From Desulfobacterales bacterium (GTDB taxonomy: Bacteria > Desulfobacterota > Desulfobacteria > Desulfobacterales > SURF-7): DNA of 64,000 nucleotides. Made by a program: the position numbers and the translations under genes. Location of the stretch: contig JAWOIJ010000046.1 in the NCBI GenBank assembly GCA_046484745.1, positions 74,743 to 138,742 on the forward strand. The letters are read 5' to 3'. This document shows, piece after piece, positions 37,252 through 46,747 of this stretch (position 1 is its first letter; every line of letters starts with the position of its first letter). Below the pieces are notes generated by a model. The model worked only from the letters and a program-made list of their open reading frames with translations, had not been told where the DNA came from and ran no database searches.

Positions 37252-38230
37252 AGTTCTCAAGCGGTACCTCAGGAGAATAAGGATTGTGCCTCATAACGAC
37301 AGCGGAAAATCAGCAGGTGGGATTATCGCGGGTGTTGCAATAACCGGTGCCGCCATTGCTGTTTCAAATTTTCTGCCGTTTACATGTTTTTTTATTCTTC
37401 CGTTATCGATCCTCTATTGCCGGATAAAATTCGGCAGGAAAACCGGCACAGCCATTACGCTGGCTGCATTGATACTGGTGAGTATCGTATCCCGAGGTGT
37501 CCTGCTCGACATATTTTTCTTTTTTGGGCTGATTTTCCTCGGGTACACCATGGGTGAGAGCTTTGAAAGAAAATTTTCGGTTGAAAAAACCGTATTATAT
37601 TCGGCAGGCTCTGTTCTCGGAGCATTTGGCATGGGCCTTTTTTTTTACAGCGTCCAGTCGGGTTCGGGAATTGTTCAGCTCGTAACCGAGCATGTCGGCA
37701 GAAATCTGGAGTTCAGCCTGAAGCTCTATGAAAATATGGGAATGTCAAAAGAGAACGCCTTGCTGTTGTCAGAAAATTTTGACAGGATTCTGCACGATAT
37801 GGTACGGTTGATTCCGTCCATCGTTGTCGCGCTGACGCTTTTTGTCGTATGGATGAATCTGCTTTTTTCAAGGTCACTTTTAGCCGTAAGTCGTTTATTT
37901 AATCCTGACTTCGGCTTTCTTAACAGGTGGAAGGCACCTGAGCCATTAGTCTGGGTGGCCATTGCATGCGGACTGATGCTGCTTTTACCCGGCGGCGGCT
38001 TGAGGCTGATCGGTTTAAACGGCCTGATTGCCTTAATGCCGATCTATTTTTTTCAGGGGATTGCAATCGTAGCCTTCTATTTTGAAAAAAAACAGTTTCC
38101 ACGGTTGCTCAAGGTTTTTATTTACACGATCATTGTTATCCAGCAGGTGTTGCTTTTTGTTATTATCGGACTTGGATTTTTCGATGTATGGCTGAATTTC
38201 AGAAAGCTTGACAGAAAGAAGGCCAATTGA
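37229..38230 (+). CDS. DUF2232 (YybS-like) polytopic membrane protein
   Basis: About 8 TM helices, located between rpsR and rplI as yybS is in Firmicutes. A GTG at 37286 is an alternative start that avoids the overlap with rpsR. Confidence 0.65.
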   Translation: MSARWTFRVLKRYLRRIRIVPHNDSGKSAGGIIAGVAITGAAIAVSNFLPFTCFFILPLSILYCRIKFGRKTGTAITLAALILVSIVSRGVLLDIFFFFGLIFLGYTMGESFERKFSVEKTVLYSAGSVLGAFGMGLFFYSVQSGSGIVQLVTEHVGRNLEFSLKLYENMGMSKENALLLSENFDRILHDMVRLIPSIVVALTLFVVWMNLLFSRSLLAVSRLFNPDFGFLNRWKAPEPLVWVAIACGLMLLLPGGGLRLIGLNGLIALMPIYFFQGIAIVAFYFEKKQFPRLLKVFIYTIIVIQQVLLFVIIGLGFFDVWLNFRKLDRKKAN

Positions 38231-38297
38231 AAGGCATCTGCTCAACAAAAAAAGATTCGTTTCACATAGAAGCGATTATATTTATTCGGAGGTTAGC

Positions 38298-38741
38298 ATG
38301 AAACTAATATTGAAAGAAACTATAGAATCCCTGGGGATTATCGGCTCGGAAGTAGAGGTGTCTGCCGGTTACGCACGTAATTTTCTTCTGCCTCAGGGTA
38401 AAGCTGTAATCGATACGCCTCAGAATCGCAAGGTTCTTGAAAAGGAAAAAGCCAAATTCGATCTTCAGATTGCAAAGGAAAAGGAGTTTGCCGAAGAAAT
38501 GGCCAAAAGGCTTGAAGGCCTTACCTGCAAGATCGTTGCAAAGGTTACCGAAGAAGACCGCCTTTACGGCTCTGTTACCATCCATGACATCATCGAAGCA
38601 CTGGAGGCACAGGATGTGAAGGTTGAAAAACGGATGATTCTTCTATCTGACCCAATCAAAACAACGGGTACTTACCAAGTTCCAATCCGGGTCTACAGGG
38701 ATATCGAACCGGAGATTACCGTTGAGGTCGTTCCAGAGTAA
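38298..38741 (+). CDS. rplI: 50S ribosomal protein L9
   Basis: GGAGG SD before ATG 38298, then MKLILKETIESLGIIGSEVEVSAGYARNFLLPQGKAV. The listed ORF start at 38208 is upstream of the real start. Confidence 0.93.
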   Translation: MKLILKETIESLGIIGSEVEVSAGYARNFLLPQGKAVIDTPQNRKVLEKEKAKFDLQIAKEKEFAEEMAKRLEGLTCKIVAKVTEEDRLYGSVTIHDIIEALEAQDVKVEKRMILLSDPIKTTGTYQVPIRVYRDIEPEITVEVVPE

Positions 38742-38836
38742 AAATACCTCTCTCCAAAATTTGTCAGGGTTAGGGAGAGGGGGAACGCCGTATATTTTTT
38801 CCACTCCTTAACAAAGGGTATTTTTTAAATTGAGAT

Positions 38837-40210
38837 ATGGCTGAGAAACGTTTGCAAATTGTCAAAGATCCATCGCTTCATAAGCTTCCACCTCAAAACA
38901 TTGAAGCGGAAGAATCAATACTGAGCGCTGTTCTGATCGATAGCAGTGCCTTGCTTGACATTGTTGAAATTCTTTCTCCCGAAGACTTTTACAGAACAGC
39001 CCACCAGAAAATATTTGCCGCCATCACCGAACTGTTTGCAAAGAGTGAACCGATCGATCTTGTGACAGTTGCAAACAACCTGAAGGAAAAAGGCCAGCTT
39101 GAAGATATGGGCGGGGCGACTTATCTCGCGCAACTGATTGATACTGTTCCTCTTGCGGTCAATGCCGAACATTACGCGAAGATTATACGCGACAAATCGT
39201 CATTGCGAAAGCTGATTGCACAGGCAAATATCATCGTCAACCGGTGCTTTGAAGACCGGGGTGATGTGGATGAGGTGATCAATTTTGCGGAAAAGTCGAT
39301 TTTTGAGATTTCGGAAAACAAAATAAAAAAGTCATTCTTTTCGGTCAGCGACCTTATCAATGGCAATATTGACACGCTCGAAGAACGCCAGGGAAGCGGA
39401 TTAATGCTTACGGGCATCCCTTCGGGTTTTACACGCCTGGATCAATTGACTTCCGGATTTCAGAGGTCGGACCTGATCATCGTGGCTGCGCGTCCTGCAA
39501 TGGGAAAAACATCATTTGCCCTGAATGTCGCAAGAAATGCCGCGGTTGACGCAAATGTTCCCGTGGCCATTTTTTCTCTGGAAATGTCAAAAGAGCAGTT
39601 GTCCATGCGCCTTCTTACATCTGAAGCGCGTATTGATTCAGCCCGCCTTCGGGGAGGCTTTTTTAATGACGATGACTGGGAGCGGCTGACAAATGCGGCA
39701 GGCATTCTGGAGCAAGCTCCCATCTATATTGATGATTCTGCGGATGTAACCCCAATGGACATCAGAGCGAAGGCCCGTCGTCTGAAAGCAGACAAGGGGC
39801 TTGGCCTGGTTGTTATCGACTATCTTCAGCTTATGCGGGGAAGTACTTCGAAAGAGAGGCGTGATCTTGAGATATCAGAAATATCCCGATCATTAAAAAT
39901 TCTTGCCAAAGAGCTAAACGTACCCGTAATTGCACTGTCGCAGCTTAATCGAATGCTGGAGCAGCGGAGTGATAAAAGGCCCATGCTTTCCGATCTGCGT
40001 GAGTCCGGGGCTCTTGAGCAGGATGCGGATCTTGTTGCGTTTATTTACAGAGATGAGGTCTACAACCAGGACGAAAACAATCCCAACCGGGGAAAAGCGG
40101 AGATCATACTCGGCAAGCAGCGAAACGGACCTGTCGGGACCGCTTTTTTGACGTTCCTCAAATCATATACCCGGTTTGAGGATCTTGCTCATGGCAGCTA
40201 TTTTGAATGA
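38837..40210 (+). CDS. dnaB: Replicative DNA helicase
   Basis: PPQNIEAEESILSAVLID, Walker A ARPAMGKTSFALN, LVVIDYLQLM, PVIALSQLNR and QRNGPVG. Confidence 0.95.
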   Translation: MAEKRLQIVKDPSLHKLPPQNIEAEESILSAVLIDSSALLDIVEILSPEDFYRTAHQKIFAAITELFAKSEPIDLVTVANNLKEKGQLEDMGGATYLAQLIDTVPLAVNAEHYAKIIRDKSSLRKLIAQANIIVNRCFEDRGDVDEVINFAEKSIFEISENKIKKSFFSVSDLINGNIDTLEERQGSGLMLTGIPSGFTRLDQLTSGFQRSDLIIVAARPAMGKTSFALNVARNAAVDANVPVAIFSLEMSKEQLSMRLLTSEARIDSARLRGGFFNDDDWERLTNAAGILEQAPIYIDDSADVTPMDIRAKARRLKADKGLGLVVIDYLQLMRGSTSKERRDLEISEISRSLKILAKELNVPVIALSQLNRMLEQRSDKRPMLSDLRESGALEQDADLVAFIYRDEVYNQDENNPNRGKAEIILGKQRNGPVGTAFLTFLKSYTRFEDLAHGSYFE

Positions 40211-41862
40211 AAAAGATTTTTGGGAATTCCGGCGGGCTTAAATCCAGTCAACTCCGCCGGCTTGAAAATTTATATCGCCGCCGCACACCACCTCAATTTA
40301 TTGTTACCACTGAACTTGCTCGTGATATCAGCAAACTCTCCCGGGAGATCGGCCGGCAGATCGGATTGTTAATCGATCGTTCCGGGCAAATCATGTTTGT
40401 GATCGTGGGCGACCGGCAGAAGATCGTTATACCGGATACCAGTGACTATCGCTCGGCTTCCGGACGATTACGGGGGCTTCGATGCATCCACACCCACCTT
40501 TCCAATGAGTCGCTGACCCAAGATGATTTGACCGATCTGGCTCTGTTGCGTCTGGATCTGATGGCTTCTATCCTGGTCGATAATGATGGCCTGCCGCAGG
40601 GGGTCCATGCAGGCAATATCACACCGGAAAAAAACGCAGAGACGATTTATCAGACATTTTTTCTAAACGTAAATGAACTGGATATCGGATGTCTGGACCT
40701 GATTCGGGCTCTGGAAACAGAGATCTCCCTTACCAGCATTCAGGCAGATTCAAAGGCCTCAGAAGAAAAGGCGCTTCTGGTGAGTGTTACGACAGAATCC
40801 AGACGGAAAGCAGAAGAATCTCTCGAAGAATTGAAGGAACTTGCCGTTTCATCTGGTATACAGGTAGCCGATACCATACTCCAGCAGCGGAAAAAAATTG
40901 ATTCACGATTTCTTCTGGGACGCGGCAAGCTGAGTGAATTGACTGTTTCAGCACTTTTTAATGGAATAACGGTCGTAATTTTTGACCAGGAATTGAATCC
41001 GTCACAGATTCGTTCGATTACCAATCAGGTTGACCTGAAGGTCATTGACCGGACACAGCTTATTCTTGATATTTTTGCACAAAGGGCTCAATCCAGAGAA
41101 GGAAAACTTCAGGTTGAACTGGCGCAATTAAAATATCTTCTTCCGAGATTGGTTACGAAGAACACGGCCATGTCTCGTCTTACCGGAGGCATTGGTGGAC
41201 GCGGTCCTGGTGAAACCAAGCTGGAGATTAACAGAAGAAGGGTTAGGGATCGCATCCAAAGATTGGAGACATCTCTGAATCAGGTCAGGAAGCAGAGAAA
41301 ACAGCAGAAAGCCAAGCGCTGGAAGCGAAGCCTGCCGGTTGTTTCCATTATCGGATATACCAATGCGGGAAAATCCACATTGCTGAATACCCTGACAAAA
41401 AGTCAGGTATTGGCGGAAAGCAGGCTTTTTGCCACACTTGATCCATCGAGCCGTCGTCTCAGATTCCCAAAAGATATGGAAGTAATCATTACCGATACCG
41501 TGGGGTTTATCAGAGATCTCCCAAAAGAATTGATGGTAGCATTTCGAGCGACTCTGGAGGAACTTGAAAATGCGGATCTGCTTCTTCACGTAATTGATAT
41601 CAGCAATGCCAGGTTTGAAAATCAGATTGATTCTGTTGAAAAGATATTGGAAGATTTAAAACTTCAGCATGTACCGGTTATTTATGTTCTGAATAAAAAA
41701 GATCTTGTAACCGAAGAGATGGCGGAGAGGCTCGCGGTAAGATATAATGGAATCCCCATATCCGCGAACAAAGCCGCAACCCTGGGAGAAATGATCCGGA
41801 GTATCGATACCAGGATACGCCCCTTGTTTGTCTCCGAGGAAGAAAACCAGACATCGGAATAA
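40207..41862 (+). CDS. hflX: GTPase HflX
   Basis: HflX N-terminal domain (IFAQRAQSREGKLQVELAQLKYLLPRL, GGIGGRGPGETKLE). G-domain motifs GYTNAGKST, DTVGFI and NKKD. It has an ATGA overlap with the dnaB stop. Confidence 0.92.
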   Translation: MKKIFGNSGGLKSSQLRRLENLYRRRTPPQFIVTTELARDISKLSREIGRQIGLLIDRSGQIMFVIVGDRQKIVIPDTSDYRSASGRLRGLRCIHTHLSNESLTQDDLTDLALLRLDLMASILVDNDGLPQGVHAGNITPEKNAETIYQTFFLNVNELDIGCLDLIRALETEISLTSIQADSKASEEKALLVSVTTESRRKAEESLEELKELAVSSGIQVADTILQQRKKIDSRFLLGRGKLSELTVSALFNGITVVIFDQELNPSQIRSITNQVDLKVIDRTQLILDIFAQRAQSREGKLQVELAQLKYLLPRLVTKNTAMSRLTGGIGGRGPGETKLEINRRRVRDRIQRLETSLNQVRKQRKQQKAKRWKRSLPVVSIIGYTNAGKSTLLNTLTKSQVLAESRLFATLDPSSRRLRFPKDMEVIITDTVGFIRDLPKELMVAFRATLEELENADLLLHVIDISNARFENQIDSVEKILEDLKLQHVPVIYVLNKKDLVTEEMAERLAVRYNGIPISANKAATLGEMIRSIDTRIRPLFVSEEENQTSE

Positions 41863-41903
41863 TCAGCGGGATATCGGCAAATTTTGATTGTTTTTAATTA
41901 TTT

Positions 41904-42737
41904 GTGTTGACTCCAACGCCTATCGATTATAAAGATGCTCCTATGGATCTTGAGTATGTGCAGAGAATTGGTACCGACGCGGCATTCAAGGGAGCTGAGA
42001 TTCTCCACTCTTTTTTTGGGAAGATTGAGAATATTGTCAAAAAGGGAGAGATCGACCTCCTGACCGAAGCGGATACGGCATCTGAAAAGATGATTATTGA
42101 GACAATTCGCAAACGGTTTCCGGATCATGCCATACTGGCTGAAGAAAGTGGTTTGACCGCCGGGAATTCTGAATTTCAGTGGATAATCGACCCACTTGAC
42201 GGTACAACAAATTTTGCTCATCAGCTTGGAGTTTTTGCGGTTTCCATTGCCTTCGCGGTGAATGGCGAGCCGGTTATCGGGATCGTGATCAATCCGGTAA
42301 CAGGTGAATTTTTTTCAGCGCGCAAAGGAAAAGGGGCTGCATTGAACGGGAAACAGATCCGGGTATCCGAAAGGAGCCATGTATCGGAAAGCCTTCTTGT
42401 TACGGGGTTCCCGTATGATTTTAAAACAATTCTCAGACCGCTTCTTCAGCGTTTTGAAAATTGTCTGGGCGCGGCAAGAGGAATAAGGAGATTGGGATCT
42501 GCCGCTTTAGACCTCTGTTATGTCGCCAGTGGCCGGTTTGATGGATTCTGGGAACAGAATCTGAAACCATGGGATACGGCTGCAGGGGTTGTGATTGCCC
42601 GGGAGTCCGGAGCTTCGGTAACGGATTTTTCAGACAATCCGTTTGGGGTTGAAAAAACTGAAATTTTGGCAACCAACGGTAAAATTCATAAAGAAATGAT
42701 TTCTTTGCTGGAGTTAAAAAAACGATATGAGAATTGA
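41904..42737 (+). CDS. suhB: Inositol monophosphatase family protein (SuhB-like)
   Basis: ILAEESG, WIIDPLDGTTNF and WDTAAG motifs. The start is uncertain (GTG 41904 or ATG 41943). Confidence 0.85.
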   Translation: MLTPTPIDYKDAPMDLEYVQRIGTDAAFKGAEILHSFFGKIENIVKKGEIDLLTEADTASEKMIIETIRKRFPDHAILAEESGLTAGNSEFQWIIDPLDGTTNFAHQLGVFAVSIAFAVNGEPVIGIVINPVTGEFFSARKGKGAALNGKQIRVSERSHVSESLLVTGFPYDFKTILRPLLQRFENCLGAARGIRRLGSAALDLCYVASGRFDGFWEQNLKPWDTAAGVVIARESGASVTDFSDNPFGVEKTEILATNGKIHKEMISLLELKKRYEN

Positions 42738-42924
42738 TTCAATGAAAATGCTTCCTTCGAAAAATCACCTGGGATGTTTCGGTAATTTCAATATCGAAGA
42801 TAATATTTGTCGAAAATTTTGCGCGCTGAGCCTGAGGTGTGCAATCGAGAACGATCAAAATTCCCGCATGGAGCTTCTGGAAGACCTGCTCTCAGCTGAA
42901 AACTTGAATGAAAGAATACAGTAG
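42727..42924 (+). CDS. Small 4-Cys hypothetical protein (weak call)
   Basis: A 65-aa ORF overlapping the suhB stop, with a Cys pattern of C-X10-C-X3-C-X5-C. There is no clear SD. Confidence 0.25.
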   Translation: MRIDSMKMLPSKNHLGCFGNFNIEDNICRKFCALSLRCAIENDQNSRMELLEDLLSAENLNERIQ

Positions 42925-43021
42925 CAGGCACGGGAGAACCTGAACTTTCAATTTTTTTCAGCAAGGAGTTGAAATTACTGTCTGCTAAAAAGGGTGAGCG
43001 TTCGTTTTTTTTTAGGCGTGG

Positions 43022-44413
43022 TTATTCTTTTCTGAAATCAAATATCTTCCCTGGATTTAAAATCCCTTTTGGATCAAAGACTTTTTTGATACTCTTCATA
43101 AGCCCCAGTTCCACATCTCCGATCTCTTTTCTGATAAAAGCCGCTTTTGTAATACCGACACCATGTTCCCCGGATATTGTTCCGCCAAGCTCAAGGGTAT
43201 AGTCAAAGAGGATTTCAAGAACAGCCTCGGCTTTTTTTACCTGGTCCGGCTGTTTTTTGTCGATCATGATATTGACATGGATGTTGCCGTCACCCGCATG
43301 CCCGAAGCTCGCAAGGGAAAGGCCGGTTTTGGCGCTTAACTCCTCAATCTTTCGAACCATATGAGGAATTTTGTTTTTGGGGACAACGATATCTTCGTTT
43401 ATTTTGTCGGGTGCCAGGCGATAGAGAGCCGGTGATATCGATTTTCGTGCTTTCCAGAGATTTGCTCGTTCTTCTTCCGATAAGGCAATTGCTGCATCGC
43501 TTGCTCCTTGTGCTAGACAAAGCGCCTTCAATTTGTTAATGTCAGCTTCAACAGCAAGTTCTTCTCCGTCCACTTCAAGAAGAAGCATGGCTCCAGCTTC
43601 TCTGGGCAGGCCAATTCCAAGATAGCTTTCGGCACAATTTATAGAGGCATGGTCCATGAATTCTATTGTCCTTGGAATGATCGCCTGCCGGATAATTTCT
43701 GAAACGGTTTCCGCCGCCTCCTCCATGCTCTTAAAAACGGCTGTCATGGTTCTAAGGGATTTTGGAAGCGGTAGGAGACGAAGAGTCATTTGTGTGATTA
43801 CCCCCAATGTACCTTCCGAGCCGATAAGGAGACGAGTAAGGTCGTAGCCTACTACACCTTTAGCGGTCTGCACACCGGTTTTGATGATTTCTCCGGATGG
43901 CAGAACGGCTTCAAGGCCAAGGACATAATCACGCGTTACACCGTATTTCACCGCTCTTGGTCCGCCTGCGCATTCAGAAAGGTTGCCCCCTAACGTTGAG
44001 AAGTCGGAACTTGCCGGATCCGGAGGATAGAAAAGCCCTTTTTCTTCCACTGCTTTATGGAAATGGCCGGTGATAACTCCTGGTTCCGCAAATGCGATAA
44101 GGTTATCGCAGTCGATTTTAAGAATTTTATTCATTCTGGTCATGACAAGCACAACACCGCCTTTGACAGGGAGTGATCCGCCTGTCATTCCGGAACCAGC
44201 CCCACGGGGTATGACAAAGAAGTTGTTTTCAGAGGCAAGAGAGAGAACAGCGGATACTTCCATGCTGTTTTTGGGGAAGATAACGGCGTCTGGAAGAAAA
44301 TGCTGCGCAGTGGCATCATACGCATAACAGGCAAGCTCTTCACGTTCTGTTGAGAAGTTGCCGCTGCCTGCGATTTGTTGAAGCTTTTTTAGAACTTTCC
44401 CGGGAATTGCCAT
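43022..44413 (-). CDS. FAD-linked oxidase (GlcD / D-lactate dehydrogenase family)
   Basis: FAD-binding PCMH domain (VIPRGAGSGMTGGSLP) and C-terminal GGTISGEHGVGITKA ... DPKGILNPGKIF. Confidence 0.88.
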   Translation of the reverse strand: MAIPGKVLKKLQQIAGSGNFSTEREELACYAYDATAQHFLPDAVIFPKNSMEVSAVLSLASENNFFVIPRGAGSGMTGGSLPVKGGVVLVMTRMNKILKIDCDNLIAFAEPGVITGHFHKAVEEKGLFYPPDPASSDFSTLGGNLSECAGGPRAVKYGVTRDYVLGLEAVLPSGEIIKTGVQTAKGVVGYDLTRLLIGSEGTLGVITQMTLRLLPLPKSLRTMTAVFKSMEEAAETVSEIIRQAIIPRTIEFMDHASINCAESYLGIGLPREAGAMLLLEVDGEELAVEADINKLKALCLAQGASDAAIALSEEERANLWKARKSISPALYRLAPDKINEDIVVPKNKIPHMVRKIEELSAKTGLSLASFGHAGDGNIHVNIMIDKKQPDQVKKAEAVLEILFDYTLELGGTISGEHGVGITKAAFIRKEIGDVELGLMKSIKKVFDPKGILNPGKIFDFRKE

Positions 44414-44424
44414 GAATTTATGGT

Positions 44425-45804
44425 TTAGAATTTGCCATCATCCAGTTTTTTACAAAGGTATTCCACCTGTTCCTTGATCGGGCCTCTTTTTTTCATTTCC
44501 CGCTCTATGATTCCAATCGAATGAATGGCGGTTGCGTGCTGTCTGTTGAAACTTTTCCCGATTGCCTGAAGCGGCTGCTGGGTATATAGACGTGCCAGAT
44601 ACATGGATATCTGCCTTGGTATGACAACATTTTGTTTTCTGGATCGTGAAACAATATCTTTTTCAGAAATACTGAAATCTTTGCAGACGAGTGTTTTGAT
44701 TATGGAGATAGTGATTTTTTTATTACGCTGCGCAATATTTTGCACAACACTTTTTGCAAGATTCATGTCTATCGGTGTGCCTAAAAGCGATGATTTGGCC
44801 GCAACGCCGATCAATCCGCTTTCAAGCTGTCTTACATTCTCCGATAGTTCATCCGCCAGATAGTCGGTAACATTGTCCGGAATCTGAATCCCTCTTGCTT
44901 TTGACTTTTTCCGCAGTATCCTGACCCGGGTAGCGAAACTGGGGGATTCAATATTGGAGATCAGCCCGCTTGTAAGTCTTGAACGTAACTGTTCACTCAG
45001 CTTCGGCATGTCTGCCGGAAGACAGCAGCTTGTGAAAATAATTTTTTTATCTGCTTCATACAGGTAGTCAAGCGCTTGGGCCAGCTCAATTTGAGTCCTT
45101 TCTTTGCCGGAAAGAAAATGGATATCCTCCAGCAGCAGAACATCACACTGGTTGCGATATTTTTCTTTAAAACCGCTTATGGAATCATGCCGGAAAGCAT
45201 GGATCATTTCATTGGTAAAATCTTCTGCGGTAATATAATAGACCCGTTCCATGGGTTTGGATGAAAGAATTTGATGGCCTACGGCCTGGGAGAGATGGCT
45301 TTTGCCCATCCCTGTTTTGGATAATAAAAATAATGAATTCTGGGAAGTTGTCCTGTTCGATGCCATGGACAGCGCAGCCGAATATGCAAAATCATTATTG
45401 TTGCCCACAACAAAATTGTCAAAGGTGTAATCCTTTCTCAAAAGACGGCCCAGCGGGGAATGAAAATTTAATTTGGGTAAATATTTTTGATACCCTTCCG
45501 ATGCATCAAGTTCTTGAGCAGAGGGCTTGCCGGAGGAGCCTTTTCTTTTCTTTTTTCTTTCTTTTGTGTCCGGCACTGAAAAATCCAGTTTATAATTTTT
45601 ACCGGAAATACTTTGTAATTCCAATTCGATCAGAGAACTGTAATTATCCTGAACCCGTTTTTTCGAAAAAAAGTTGGGGCAGGCTAAACGGATGAAATCA
45701 TTTCCCGCGCTGTTGAATTCCAATGGTTCAATCCACATTTTGAAACTGTGGCTCGGGATGCTGTTTTTTATAACCGTTTTGACTTGATTCCAAATCGCTT
45801 CCAT
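44425..45804 (-). CDS. dnaA: Chromosomal replication initiator protein DnaA
   Basis: N-terminal WNQVKTVIKN...FKMWIEPL, Walker A SKTGMGKSHL, LLLEDIHFL, the sensor region, and domain IV (RQISMYLAR...IGKSFNRQHATAIHS). Confidence 0.95.
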   Translation of the reverse strand: MEAIWNQVKTVIKNSIPSHSFKMWIEPLEFNSAGNDFIRLACPNFFSKKRVQDNYSSLIELELQSISGKNYKLDFSVPDTKERKKKRKGSSGKPSAQELDASEGYQKYLPKLNFHSPLGRLLRKDYTFDNFVVGNNNDFAYSAALSMASNRTTSQNSLFLLSKTGMGKSHLSQAVGHQILSSKPMERVYYITAEDFTNEMIHAFRHDSISGFKEKYRNQCDVLLLEDIHFLSGKERTQIELAQALDYLYEADKKIIFTSCCLPADMPKLSEQLRSRLTSGLISNIESPSFATRVRILRKKSKARGIQIPDNVTDYLADELSENVRQLESGLIGVAAKSSLLGTPIDMNLAKSVVQNIAQRNKKITISIIKTLVCKDFSISEKDIVSRSRKQNVVIPRQISMYLARLYTQQPLQAIGKSFNRQHATAIHSIGIIEREMKKRGPIKEQVEYLCKKLDDGKF

Positions 45805-46747
45805 AATGGCAACTCATTTCCAAATTGTAGGGTCAAGGACAGCTCAACATGAATAGATAAATCGAAACTTATTCTGAATGATTCGGTACTTGCAGGGATT
45901 ATTTCAAGTTTTAGATCCCACCTGAAAAACAGTTGGGCAAGAAATAGCTTAGGTGAACTTTAGAGTCAAATTGGATGAACAGTGTTTAGTGACTATTTGG
46001 GAATCCACAGGGCATTTTGGATAACAATTTGAAAAAGTTGTATAAAGTTAAAAAAAGCCTGCCAACTAATTTGAAATACAACCCTTTTAATTCCCATTTT
46101 TTTTTTAAGAATTTTAAGCATATAAAAAATTATTCAATAATTTTGAATAATTTACTTATCTCTTAAAATCGTCATATTTCTTCTATTTCCTTTTATTTTT
46201 AAAAAAATAAAAACTTTTTTGCCGCCTGTTTTTGAAAAAAATGGATTTCGGATTTGGGCATTAAAAACAGAGCATTTTTATTATTTATTTGATAATAAAA
46301 ATAAAACAGATTCGGAGACTTGGAAACTCGAAACGTGTAGATTCAGTTTTTATAATGATTTAAAGCGATTTTGGGGTTATATACAGGGTTATCAACAATT
46401 AACGAATGCAAGCCGGATCTCATAGGCGCTGTATCGGTTTTTACGGCGGGGTTTATCCGGGTTATCAACAATCTATCGATGGTTATGAACATGTTATGAA
46501 CAATTGTTGTTCATGTGCAAAACCATGATGGCTCGAAGGTCGCCCGGATTCTTTATCAGGCTTTATCCGTTTTATACTGCCGATGCGGAAAGAGAGATCA
46601 CAGACGATCTGCCGTTATTGCAAAGGTGGTCAGTCCGGTCATGTCATGTTGAGAAGAAGAGCGTTTCGTAATTGAAAAAAAAACAATCGCCCGGTAAAAT
46701 GTGCGGGCTTGAAACAGTGAACCGGAAAACTTTTAAAAGGATGCATC
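45805..46747. other. Probable chromosomal replication origin (oriC)
   Basis: A 943-bp non-coding gap next to dnaA. It has an extreme AT-rich block at about 46080-46320 with A/T runs and ATTCAA-TAATT-TTGAAT. DnaA-box-like 9-mers flank the block: GAATCCACA at 46001-46009, TTATCCAAA on the minus strand at 46016-46024, and the cluster at 46377-46516. Confidence 0.7.
46377..46516 (+). repeat. Cluster of DnaA-box-like 9-mers TTAT(N3)CA
   Basis: TTATATACA 46377-46385, TTATCAACA 46389-46397 and 46462-46470 (within an exact 14-nt repeat GGGTTATCAACAAT), TTATGAACA 46483-46491 and 46494-46502. One inverted copy, ACATGAACA, is on the minus strand at 46508-46516. Confidence 0.65.

Noticed and set aside
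46219-46425. 68-aa ORF inside the dnaA-pdxA gap
   Set aside because: It lies in the extreme AT-rich block and DnaA-box cluster of the putative origin. It has no SD and its composition is driven by A/T runs.
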